DNA of 64,000 nucleotides from Nitrospirota bacterium (lineage in GTDB: Bacteria; Nitrospirota; Thermodesulfovibrionia; Thermodesulfovibrionales; UBA6898), in the NCBI GenBank assembly GCA_012026685.1, contig VEOY01000089.1:13983-77982 (forward strand), given 5' to 3'. Of the stretch, positions 51,995-59,846 are shown piece after piece. Both the position numbers and the translations under genes were made by a program. Under the pieces are notes generated by a model, which worked only from the letters and a program-made list of their open reading frames with translations, did no database searches and had not been told where the DNA came from. Numbering within the stretch: position 1 is the stretch's first letter; each line of letters starts with the position of its first letter.

Positions 51995-54900
51995 TCAGGG
52001 GAGGAGATTATGTTCCCGCAGTTGCCTGAGATCCCAGACAAGGGTGGTCGGGGCCGCATCCTTTTTCAGGGAAAGTTTGAGCAAAGTGCTGTCAGGAGCC
52101 AAAGTCTCTATCGGAAAGGCACAGTAAAAAATGATAGAGACCGGTGCTTCTTTCCGGTAAAACGTTTTTATTCCCTTTACTTTCTTTTCAGGCAGCGGGT
52201 TCACGTCTGCGCTGCCGGCTGACAGCAGGATCCGGGAGTAGGGATCATTTGCGATTACCGGATCGAGCCCTTCCCGGGGCGCGCTGACGTTTACTTTAAA
52301 GTACAGGTAATGCTGAAAGTCAAAAAATGAGCGGTCCGCCGGTTCCTCTGACTTCAGGACAAGCGGTTCGGTGATAAGAGTTGCCTGGAATTTAAGCCCA
52401 TCAGCAGCGGATCGGTTGAGCAGGGCGAACAACTCCTCGTATGAGAGTTCTCTTGAGAGCGTGGCCGGTTGCACCGTAGTTCGATCAGCCAATACCAGAA
52501 GACCGGTATTGTATGCATAGAATGTTGCTCCGATGATGACGATGAGAAGAGTGGCAAGAAGCGCATAGGGGCGGGAATGCTTTCCGCCGCGGGGCGCGGC
52601 ATTTTCTGCTGTCATCATCCGGACGGGCAGGGTCTCGGTCTTTTTCTGTGAGCGCCCTTCGGATGTCTCCGGAGCTGCCGGCAGATCGGACCGCAGAGAA
52701 TCATTTTCACGCATGCTCTGTTCGAGTTTGGACCGCAGATCAGCGAGGGCCTCGGCATAAGAAGAGAGTTCTCTTTTCATTTCATCGATCTGCAGATCTT
52801 TATTTTTTTGCAGAAGTTCCATCCCGGTCTTCTGTTTGATCAGCTCATCAATCAGTCGCTGGTTTTCGTTCTCAGAAAGCTGACCGGTTTCCTGAATCTC
52901 TTTGAGCCTGTTTTCGAGAGCAGTGCTCCCGAGCTGTGACTGCTCAAGGGTTGCCTGCTGTTCCGCCGTCTTGCTGATCAACGCGATATTATCTGAATTG
53001 AGCTGGTTGATCTGCTGCTCTTTTTCCGCGATTGCTCTGTTGAGAGAAATGATCTCGTCCTTCAGATGCTCAAAGGTCTCCTGGTATTCGCGAACATTTC
53101 GGAGGAGTTGATCTTTTTCGGCATCAACAGGTGCAGAAGCCGGTTCACTGCCTGATGAGGCCTTTTCCAGCTCGAATATCCGCTGCTCCAGGAGCCCGCT
53201 GCTTTCCCGTATTGCTTCGCACTCTGCCATGGCTTGCGCCAGAGAACGATCTTTTTCTGGGATGAGCGAAGAAAGGCGCTCCTGCTCACCGGCCAGTTCC
53301 CGCAGCTTTTCTAAGGCATCCCTGAGTTGCGTTTCGATAAACTCCCTGTTTTGCAGCGATTCCTCTATTTGTGACCGATAAGATGTCAGTTGCTTCTCTC
53401 TCACGTTGAGCGCTTCTTTCAGCCTGTCCGTTTCATCCCTCAGAACAGATGTCTCTTTCATCAGATCCGCTTCACGCGAGGAGAGAAGTTCTTTCTCCTC
53501 GAGTTGGTCCGAGGAGAGGACGGTGAGCATCTCGTTTTTTTCGAGGAGCTGCTGGTTGAGGATGAGGACCTGTTGTCTGAGGGCGGCAACCTGGGACTCG
53601 GTCTCGGCGGCTGCCTGTTGCGCGAGGTCCCTTGAGCGGGAGAGTTCCTGCAGGAGGTCGGCAGCAGCTTTATCCTTCTCCGCAGCGGCGGCTGCAAACG
53701 CGGTATTCTCCCTGGCCAGCTCATCGATACGGGCATCGGATTCAACAGTTTTCCGCTGGAGGAGAGCCTTTTCATCACTGTTGGTTTTAATAATCTTCTC
53801 AGTTTCTGAGGCTGCGCTCCTGAAGTCATCGATCTCTTGTATGAGGCGGTCATTCTCTTGTTGCAGGTCCTGCAGGGACTGTCCATGCAGTTCATGCAGC
53901 GAAGAGATCTCTTCTTTCTGTTTTCGGTAGTCGTCGGTGATCTCGATAAAAAGCTCATCTTTTCGGATCAGCTCATCGTTCAGGGCGGAGATTTTTACAT
54001 TCAGGTCAAAAAGCTCTTTTGCAAAGAGGGAGTTCTCTTCCATTTTATTGTCTATGGACTGGGATAGAGAATTTATTTTTTCCAGGAGCGCGGGGATCTG
54101 CTCATGCAATTCCGTGTCCTTGTGCATGAGCGCTTCGCTGAGGGAGGCGACTTTTGTCTGCACTTCGTCGATATGATGTATCTTGCTCTCTATGGCAGAG
54201 GTCAGTTCGTCGATGTCGATCCGCAGGCCGGCAATCTCCTCGCTGTATTCCGCGATCTTCTGCTGCAATTCTTCTTCAGCGCGGGTCTTGTCTGCGGAGA
54301 GACGGTCAATCTCTGCCCGGGCATGATAGAGCTCTGCTTTGGCCTCATCACGGTCAAGCGCCATCTCGTGAAGCCGGGAATCGAGTAATACTGCTTCCGG
54401 CGAATCGTCACGAACGCGTTCGGATGGGCTCTCGAAGGAAGCCCCATCTTTGTTCAGGGACAATTCCTGCTCCGGCGAGGATTGGGCCCGGAAGTGCTTC
54501 AGTTCCTCGATGGCCGAAGAGAGCCTTGACTCAAGCTCTTCCTTTTCTTTCAGAAGGGTGTGTGACATCTGGCTGTCAAGGACGGAAATGTTCTTTTGGT
54601 CGCGGTCGAGGTTAGCGAAGATACGGTCTTTTTCCGAAAGCAGTTTTTTGTTTTCTGTTATGAGATCCTCGATCTTCTTCTTGAACTCAGAGACCTCCAT
54701 ATTTCTGAGTATGTCGAAGTCAAGGAGCTTTTCCTTCATCTTTCGGTGACTTTCGGAGAGTATTTTAAGGGAAAGTGTAAGATCCGACTTGTCCTTCTCG
54801 AGGTTCTTGATCGCGTCACTTTGCTGCATGATCACGGATTCGAGCTGGTTCTTTTCTTTGGCAACGGTAAGAAACTTTTCCTTGATCACTTCCGGCTTGC

Positions 54901-55009
54901 TTGAAGATGATGCGGAAGAAGCTGACGGAGGCGCTGCAGGGATGGCCCCTGAAGGTTTTTTCTGGTCTTGCGGTTTGCCACTCTCTTCTGAGCCCGGCGA
55001 CTCAATCAT
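51995..55009 (-). CDS. very large coiled-coil protein with a single C-proximal TM helix and ~160-aa extracytoplasmic domain
   Basis: 1004 aa. Low-complexity Pro/Ser/Ala N-terminus, then ~750 aa of E/K/L/Q-rich heptad-like sequence. One hydrophobic segment (YALLATLLIVIIGATFYAYNTGLLVLA), then a non-repetitive C-terminal domain. No family recognised. Confidence 0.7.
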   Translation of the reverse strand: MIESPGSEESGKPQDQKKPSGAIPAAPPSASSASSSSKPEVIKEKFLTVAKEKNQLESVIMQQSDAIKNLEKDKSDLTLSLKILSESHRKMKEKLLDFDILRNMEVSEFKKKIEDLITENKKLLSEKDRIFANLDRDQKNISVLDSQMSHTLLKEKEELESRLSSAIEELKHFRAQSSPEQELSLNKDGASFESPSERVRDDSPEAVLLDSRLHEMALDRDEAKAELYHARAEIDRLSADKTRAEEELQQKIAEYSEEIAGLRIDIDELTSAIESKIHHIDEVQTKVASLSEALMHKDTELHEQIPALLEKINSLSQSIDNKMEENSLFAKELFDLNVKISALNDELIRKDELFIEITDDYRKQKEEISSLHELHGQSLQDLQQENDRLIQEIDDFRSAASETEKIIKTNSDEKALLQRKTVESDARIDELARENTAFAAAAAEKDKAAADLLQELSRSRDLAQQAAAETESQVAALRQQVLILNQQLLEKNEMLTVLSSDQLEEKELLSSREADLMKETSVLRDETDRLKEALNVREKQLTSYRSQIEESLQNREFIETQLRDALEKLRELAGEQERLSSLIPEKDRSLAQAMAECEAIRESSGLLEQRIFELEKASSGSEPASAPVDAEKDQLLRNVREYQETFEHLKDEIISLNRAIAEKEQQINQLNSDNIALISKTAEQQATLEQSQLGSTALENRLKEIQETGQLSENENQRLIDELIKQKTGMELLQKNKDLQIDEMKRELSSYAEALADLRSKLEQSMRENDSLRSDLPAAPETSEGRSQKKTETLPVRMMTAENAAPRGGKHSRPYALLATLLIVIIGATFYAYNTGLLVLADRTTVQPATLSRELSYEELFALLNRSAADGLKFQATLITEPLVLKSEEPADRSFFDFQHYLYFKVNVSAPREGLDPVIANDPYSRILLSAGSADVNPLPEKKVKGIKTFYRKEAPVSIIFYCAFPIETLAPDSTLLKLSLKKDAAPTTLVWDLRQLREHNLLP

Positions 55010-55071
55010 GCCGTTACCTGTAGTTCCTGACCATTTTCTGCGTACCTTGCTGAAATCAGCATACTAAAAAG

Positions 55072-55107
55072 TACTAAATTTGAGATGTCCTGTCAATAAA
55101 TTTAGTA
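55072..55107. repeat. 10-bp perfect inverted repeat TACTAAATTT(N16)AAATTTAGTA upstream of the coiled-coil gene
   Basis: Read directly at 55072..55081 and 55098..55107. Nearby direct repeats of AGATGTCC (55083 and 55143) and TTTGAGAT. Confidence 0.6.
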
Positions 55108-55153
55108 AATACAAGAGTTTTTGAGATTTATCAGCAAGCTGCAGATGTCCGGC

Positions 55154-55423
55154 CTACCATGCGAGAGAAAGCAGGCATTTGAGGTCAGACTGCAGGACAT
55201 TGAACTTGCAGTTCAGGACCATACATTGTCTCGAGCGGTAACAGTGGCCTTCTTTGATAACTACGTGTACTGAGATCCCGGTGCGCTCGCGGTGCGGGCA
55301 GAGGATATGAAGCTTGCCGGTTGCTTCTGAATAGTGGGTATCTTTCGGCGCATACCTCATGGGAATATTATACTTTATCGCGTAATGGGAAGGCATGGAG
55401 ACAGTTATGAAACCCGGCAACAA
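55154..55423 (-). CDS. small Cys-rich hypothetical protein (start uncertain)
   Basis: ORF only, with no family recognised. Internal ATGs at 55396 and 55360. The 55360 ATG sits just after a GTATAAT hexamer. Confidence 0.3.
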   Translation of the reverse strand: MLPGFITVSMPSHYAIKYNIPMRYAPKDTHYSEATGKLHILCPHRERTGISVHVVIKEGHCYRSRQCMVLNCKFNVLQSDLKCLLSLAW

Positions 55424-55757
55424 TTACACGGGTTATAATGAACATATGGCGAATGGTGGTGGCGATAAAAAGAACATATCGCGGCATATCCTCCCTGCTG
55501 CAGCGAATTTGATGGGTCTCTGTTTTGTTATATTCAGCATGCTCAAGGCCTATCAATTCGCTGAGCGAACCCTCTTGGACGAACTGACCGCAGGAACAAT
55601 GTTATTATTCCTTGCTTCAAGTCTTTTTTCCTACGGATCGATACGGGCAAAAAACGGCGGTGAGCGATGTGAAAAGATTGCTGATCTGTTTTTCCTCGCT
55701 GGTCTTACATGCATGACCCTCATTTCGGTTTTCTTTGTGTTGGATATCATCAAGTGA
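55395..55757 (+). CDS. hypothetical membrane protein (three predicted TM helices)
   Basis: Hydrophobic segments LPAAANLMGLCFVIFSML, GTMLLFLASSLFSYG and LFFLAGLTCMTLISVFFVL. The ATG at 55407 has a better-spaced GGAG than 55395. Confidence 0.5.
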   Translation: METVMKPGNNYTGYNEHMANGGGDKKNISRHILPAAANLMGLCFVIFSMLKAYQFAERTLLDELTAGTMLLFLASSLFSYGSIRAKNGGERCEKIADLFFLAGLTCMTLISVFFVLDIIK

Positions 55758-55898
55758 AAAGTGCGAGTGCTGCAGCAACCTCTTATCTGACGATCAATGC
55801 TCCTTGATTCAGCCCGCCAGCGGTCAGTTGGCGCATAACACTGCAAGAAAAGCTCTGTTCATGCCTGTCAACAGACCCATGAAAGAAGCAGTTCTTGT

Positions 55899-56804
55899 TC
55901 AGAGGGAACGAATGAAGGTGTCAAGTCGTGCTCTGTCAGGGCCTTCCAATGAAAGAAATTCTACACCGACATCAAAAGAGGGATTCCCGTTTTTTGTCCT
56001 CGGTAGAATGGAAGCTATTCTGCCCCTGATCATAATGGGTTTAACCTCATGCGGCAGCGGAAGACCCATAAAGTAATGGTTTCCCATTTCCGGAGCATCG
56101 TCGCTTTCCATCAACATGCCGCAGAGACTGATCGTCCTGACATTCAGTATTTTGGGGCTTTTCAGAAAGGCTTTTATATGAGGTGTGATGGAAAAACGCA
56201 ATGGGCTCGGCTTGAATTCATCGCTAATCCTCGTTTCAAAAGGTGCGCCGAAATTTCTCATAAAATCTTTGAGGCTTACGATCTCGTCCGATGATATATT
56301 CTGGAACTGAAGTCCTGAGATGAATTGCTTATGCGTACTGTCATCACCGCGGCTGGCGCGTATCCATACAGCTTTGCACCTGAGAGAGCGCGACATCTTA
56401 TCATTCCCGATAGTTAAGAGGAATGTCCTGCCGGGCTGAAGACGCCTGTTTGTGTGAATGCACGCACCGCTGATACTGATGTTCTGCAGATCGACCTCCT
56501 CGATGGTGACCATGTGCGTGTGAAGGTCCATTCCCTGCAGCGAATAGCGTGGATATCGTCTTTGTCTTGTGTAGGCCGGCTTTTCAGCCATGGTCGTGGC
56601 AGTTTTTTCCTTGATAGGTGAATTTTCTGGTGTGTTTGTCTTTGACAGGAACCTGCCGGTTTCTGAAGGGAGATTATCTTGCTTTTCCGGGAAACGCCAC
56701 CAGAGAGATTTCAATTTACCTAACACCCCCATAATATCATCATATCTTGCAATTGCTGTTCCATGACGCATTGCTTGAATCTTTGGAGGCCGTATTTCCG
56801 ACAA
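55899..56804 (-). CDS. tandem PilZ-domain protein (first domain canonical, second degenerate)
   Basis: Domain 1 has RRYPR (RxxxR) and NISISG ((D/N)xSxxG). Domain 2 keeps only TISLCG. The listed start is TTG. ATGs at 56771 and further in are alternatives. Confidence 0.65.
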   Translation of the reverse strand: MSEIRPPKIQAMRHGTAIARYDDIMGVLGKLKSLWWRFPEKQDNLPSETGRFLSKTNTPENSPIKEKTATTMAEKPAYTRQRRYPRYSLQGMDLHTHMVTIEEVDLQNISISGACIHTNRRLQPGRTFLLTIGNDKMSRSLRCKAVWIRASRGDDSTHKQFISGLQFQNISSDEIVSLKDFMRNFGAPFETRISDEFKPSPLRFSITPHIKAFLKSPKILNVRTISLCGMLMESDDAPEMGNHYFMGLPLPHEVKPIMIRGRIASILPRTKNGNPSFDVGVEFLSLEGPDRARLDTFIRSL

Positions 56805-56917
56805 CTCATTGATTAATAATATTATTGTAATATGTTCTATAAAAAATGAGCAGACTGGTTATCAAGGAAAATTATCGTAATAAGACCCATAATGTGGGGA
56901 ATTACATGATGGAAGGA

Positions 56918-56994
56918 TGGTGCCCCCTGCATGATTCGAACATGCGGCCCCAGGTTTAGGAAACCTGTGCTCTATCCTACTGAGCTAAGGGGGC
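56918..56994 (-). tRNA. tRNA-Arg (anticodon CCT), CCA encoded
   Basis: The reverse complement folds as GCCCCCT TA GCTC AGTAGGATA GAGC A CAGGT TTCCTAA ACCTG GGGCC GCATG TTCGAAT CATGC AGGGGGC A CCA (77 nt). Confidence 0.9.
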
Positions 56995-57033
56995 GTAAGA
57001 CCGTGATCAGAGAACGGTGCTTGGTAACAGCAA

Positions 57034-57486
57034 CTATAACAGCTCAAAAACCTTATCAACAGCTTCTTTTGCATCCTTCGCAGGGACGATCCCCCGGATT
57101 TCCCATGTGCCGATGCCAACCACCGGTTTGTTCATCTGGAGACCGAATGCTATCTCGGACAGAGTTCCGTACCCACCGCCAACTGCGATAAAGGCGTCTG
57201 CTGTGCGGGCTATGATAACATTTCTCCCGATACCCAGTCCAGTTGCGATCGGGACGTCTATATAGGAGTTTGCATCTTTCGTATGGTCCTGCGGCAGAAT
57301 GCCGACCGTTATGCCGCCTGCATTTTTGGCACCTCTTGATGCTGACTCCATGATACCATGCAGACCCCCACAGACGAGCAGACCACCGTTCCGGGCTATC
57401 AATCGCCCGACCTCTTCAGCCTCTTTTTTAAGTGCCCGGTCAGCCCTGCGGCCACCGATCACGGCAATCAGGGGCGGCCGGTTCAT
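57034..57486 (-). CDS. TIGR00725-like / LOG-family Rossmann-fold protein
   Basis: IAVIGG...LVCGGLHGIMESASRGA...GILP...ATGLGIGRN...IAVGGGYGTLSEIA pattern. Confidence 0.75.
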   Translation of the reverse strand: MNRPPLIAVIGGRRADRALKKEAEEVGRLIARNGGLLVCGGLHGIMESASRGAKNAGGITVGILPQDHTKDANSYIDVPIATGLGIGRNVIIARTADAFIAVGGGYGTLSEIAFGLQMNKPVVGIGTWEIRGIVPAKDAKEAVDKVFELL

Positions 57487-57743
57487 TGTTGAGCTGTTAT
57501 TTCCGGGGGTGCAACGGTCACCATCTTCACCCAGGCGATCTCAGACTTTACCCTCTCCTGTATGGACCTGACCAGGTCCATTCGTGTCATGTGTCAACGC
57601 CAGCAGTAGCCGGTCGGCCGAATGCGAACATCCTGCTCTTTTATGTCAACGAATTCAATGTCTCCTCCAAGATTGGTGAACCGGGGCTTCAGATCATTGA
57701 TGATCTGCTTGATTTTCTCGATATCTTCTTCTATATTTCCCAT
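57483..57743 (-). CDS. NifU-domain protein with in-frame UGA (57594..57596) at the second Cys of CxxC: candidate selenoprotein, not in the ORF track
   Basis: Hand translation: MGNIEEDIEKIKQIINDLKPRFTNLGGDIEFVDIKEQDVRIRPTGYCWR-[TGA]-HMTRMDLVRSIQERVKSEIAWVKMVTVAPPEITAQQ*. AAGGAG lies 5 nt before the ATG. The terminal TGA overlaps the next gene's ATG (ATGA). It matches the NifU C-terminal pattern ..IRP.L..GGD.E.VD....V.V...G.C..C..s..T....I... Confidence 0.7.
57562..57581 (-). promoter_or_regulatory. SECIS-like hairpin AUGGACCU-GGUC-AGGUCCAU starting 12 nt after the in-frame UGA
   Basis: 8-bp perfect stem with a GGUC apical loop. Its position and loop resemble the E. coli fdhF SECIS (loop with essential G and U). 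Confidence 0.55.
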
Positions 57744-57796
57744 GTAACTCCTTCATCCTGAAAAATTGACAATAATTTTAGCAGATTGGAGAATGT

Positions 57797-58300
57797 TTGG
57801 ACATCATTGATATCATAAGAACACGCCGCAGTGTCCGGAAGTTCACGGAGGAGGCGGTATCTGACGAGGTTGTGGATGCGATTCTTGAGGCAGGGAGATG
57901 GGCGCCGTCAGGGCAGAACAATCAACCCTGGCGATTTGCTGTAGTCAGGGACAGGGAGATCATCACTGAAATATCTAAACTGACGCATTACGGCAGGATA
58001 GTCCTTGGTGCTCAGGTGCTTATTCCGGTCTTTCTCGATACAGCAAGGATCTATCACAGGGAGAAGGACATACAGGGCGTGGGTGCATGCCTGCAGAACA
58101 TGCTGCTGGAGATCCATTGTCTGGGCCTGGGTGGGGTGTGGCTCGGTGAGATCATTAAGAGCAATATCCAGATGAAGAGCGTGCTCGGCCTTGCTGACGA
58201 TCTGGAGCTTATGGCTGTTATCGCGCTTGGATGGCCTGCGGAGAATCCGCGTATAACGAAACGCAGATCGTTGGATGAATTGACCGTCTATCGGGATTAA
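57797..58300 (+). CDS. nitroreductase family protein
   Basis: DIIRTRRSVRKF opening and SGQNNQPWRF. TTG start with a GGAG 8 nt upstream. Confidence 0.8.
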   Translation: MDIIDIIRTRRSVRKFTEEAVSDEVVDAILEAGRWAPSGQNNQPWRFAVVRDREIITEISKLTHYGRIVLGAQVLIPVFLDTARIYHREKDIQGVGACLQNMLLEIHCLGLGGVWLGEIIKSNIQMKSVLGLADDLELMAVIALGWPAENPRITKRRSLDELTVYRD

Positions 58301-59229
58301 TTCCTGGCGGCCGCAGTCTTAGGAATATATGCTCTTCCCTGCGTAGCGTTCCTCTTCTCGAGGTTCTTCTCAATATCATTCAGAATGCGGTGTCTGTTCT
58401 TGCCCCACTCCGGGGCGATGAGGATATCATCGGGCGCTGTTGCGAAAAGCCGCTGAAAAACAATATGCGGGGATGTTTGTTCGAGGAAATCGACTACGAA
58501 GTCCAGGTATTCATCGTATCCGAAAACCGGGAACGGGCTTTCCCGATATATCAGGGCAAGCGGGGTATCCTTTATAATCTGGAGCTGGTGCATTTTAAGG
58601 AAATCTATGGGGAGATGTGACAATTCACCTGCCATGGCAAGCGTTTCGCTGCGGGTCTCCGTGGGAAATCCTGCGATCAGGTGGGCTCCGATATGGATGC
58701 CCCTGCCCTTTGTCATATCCACTGCGCGGAGAAAGGTGCTGTAGTCGTGTCCGCGCTGTATGAACTCGAGACTCTTGTCATGCATCGATTGAAGCCCATA
58801 TTCGACCAGTATGAAATATTTCGATGCAAGAGATTCAAGGAGCTCTATCTTTGGCAGGTCTACTGCGTCCGGACGTGTGCCGATCGCAAGGCCTATAACG
58901 TCAGGCGCTGCGAGTGCTTCCCTGTACAGCTTTTCGAGTTCATCGACAGGGGCATAGGTATTGGTGTATGCCTGAAAATAGACCAGGAACTTGGCAGCCT
59001 TGAAGCGTTTTGTTGTGTGGGCAATACCGTTACGAACCTGCCCGGAAACGGACAGAGAAGGTTTACAGGAGGTCGGCCTGAAACTGTCATTGTTGCAGTA
59101 GATACAACCTGAGAACCCGAGAGTGCCGTCGCGGTTCGGGCAGGTGAAGCCGGCATCCACATTCACTTTGTAGACCGTGGTGCCGAATGTCTTTCGCATA
59201 TATGCGCCGAAGGAATTGTAACGCTGCAT
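58297..59229 (-). CDS. TIGR01212-like radical SAM protein (YhcC family)
   Basis: FTCPNRDGTLGFSGCIYCN cluster region. 310 aa. Confidence 0.75.
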   Translation of the reverse strand: MQRYNSFGAYMRKTFGTTVYKVNVDAGFTCPNRDGTLGFSGCIYCNNDSFRPTSCKPSLSVSGQVRNGIAHTTKRFKAAKFLVYFQAYTNTYAPVDELEKLYREALAAPDVIGLAIGTRPDAVDLPKIELLESLASKYFILVEYGLQSMHDKSLEFIQRGHDYSTFLRAVDMTKGRGIHIGAHLIAGFPTETRSETLAMAGELSHLPIDFLKMHQLQIIKDTPLALIYRESPFPVFGYDEYLDFVVDFLEQTSPHIVFQRLFATAPDDILIAPEWGKNRHRILNDIEKNLEKRNATQGRAYIPKTAAARN

Positions 59230-59267
59230 TATTCATTATCGGCCTTTGGAGAGCACCCTGTCAAATT

Positions 59268-59846
59268 TCATGGTGCGTTTGGGTCGTTATGGTTAGAATG
59301 CTCATGGTGTAAGGAAATGCTCGGCTCTATACCCTGGGATGACAACCACTGTTCGATCTCGTTTTTAGCAACCTTTGCATTAAAACTGTACCAGAGCTTT
59401 CGTTCCTTCGGATAGGGGCTGAGCGTGTTCTTGAAATTTCTGAATGATCCCTGGCCGTCGAGTGCCTGAAGTAGCATGCTGGCGAGCCGACGGTTTTCGA
59501 GGGTTTCCGCGAAGGCTTTCATCGCAGCGTAGGCATTTGCAGGTTTGCGCTCCGGTATGCGCTCGTAGCGGGCCTGCTCGTGCATGAAGATATCCAGGGC
59601 GAGCTCTACCTCGTCTTCTACCCAATCGGGAATATCAGGGATTTCGTCCGGCTGCACATCTTCGAAATCTTCCATGTCGTCGTCGTAGCTGTTTGAAAGG
59701 AGGTCCTGTGCCAGGCGGATTATCTCTGAGGAGAGAATGACGATCTCGCCCGTTTGCTTGTCGAGGAAGTAGTCGAAGGCATTACGCTCCGTGTCCTCCT
59801 GTGCTTTTTGGATCTCGTCGAAATTGATGACGAGCTTTTTCATCAT
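59268..59846 (-). CDS. UPF0158-like acidic hypothetical protein
   Basis: The opening KLVINFDEIQKAQED...FLDKQTGEIVILS resembles UPF0158 members. Assigned from memory only. Confidence 0.45.
   Translation of the reverse strand: MMKKLVINFDEIQKAQEDTERNAFDYFLDKQTGEIVILSSEIIRLAQDLLSNSYDDDMEDFEDVQPDEIPDIPDWVEDEVELALDIFMHEQARYERIPERKPANAYAAMKAFAETLENRRLASMLLQALDGQGSFRNFKNTLSPYPKERKLWYSFNAKVAKNEIEQWLSSQGIEPSISLHHEHSNHNDPNAP

Noticed and set aside
55010-56994. Integrative element inserted at tRNA-Arg(CCT).
   Set aside because: There is no integrase or recombinase gene, and I could not find a direct repeat of the tRNA 3' end in the AT-rich pocket. It is reported only as a compositional oddity.
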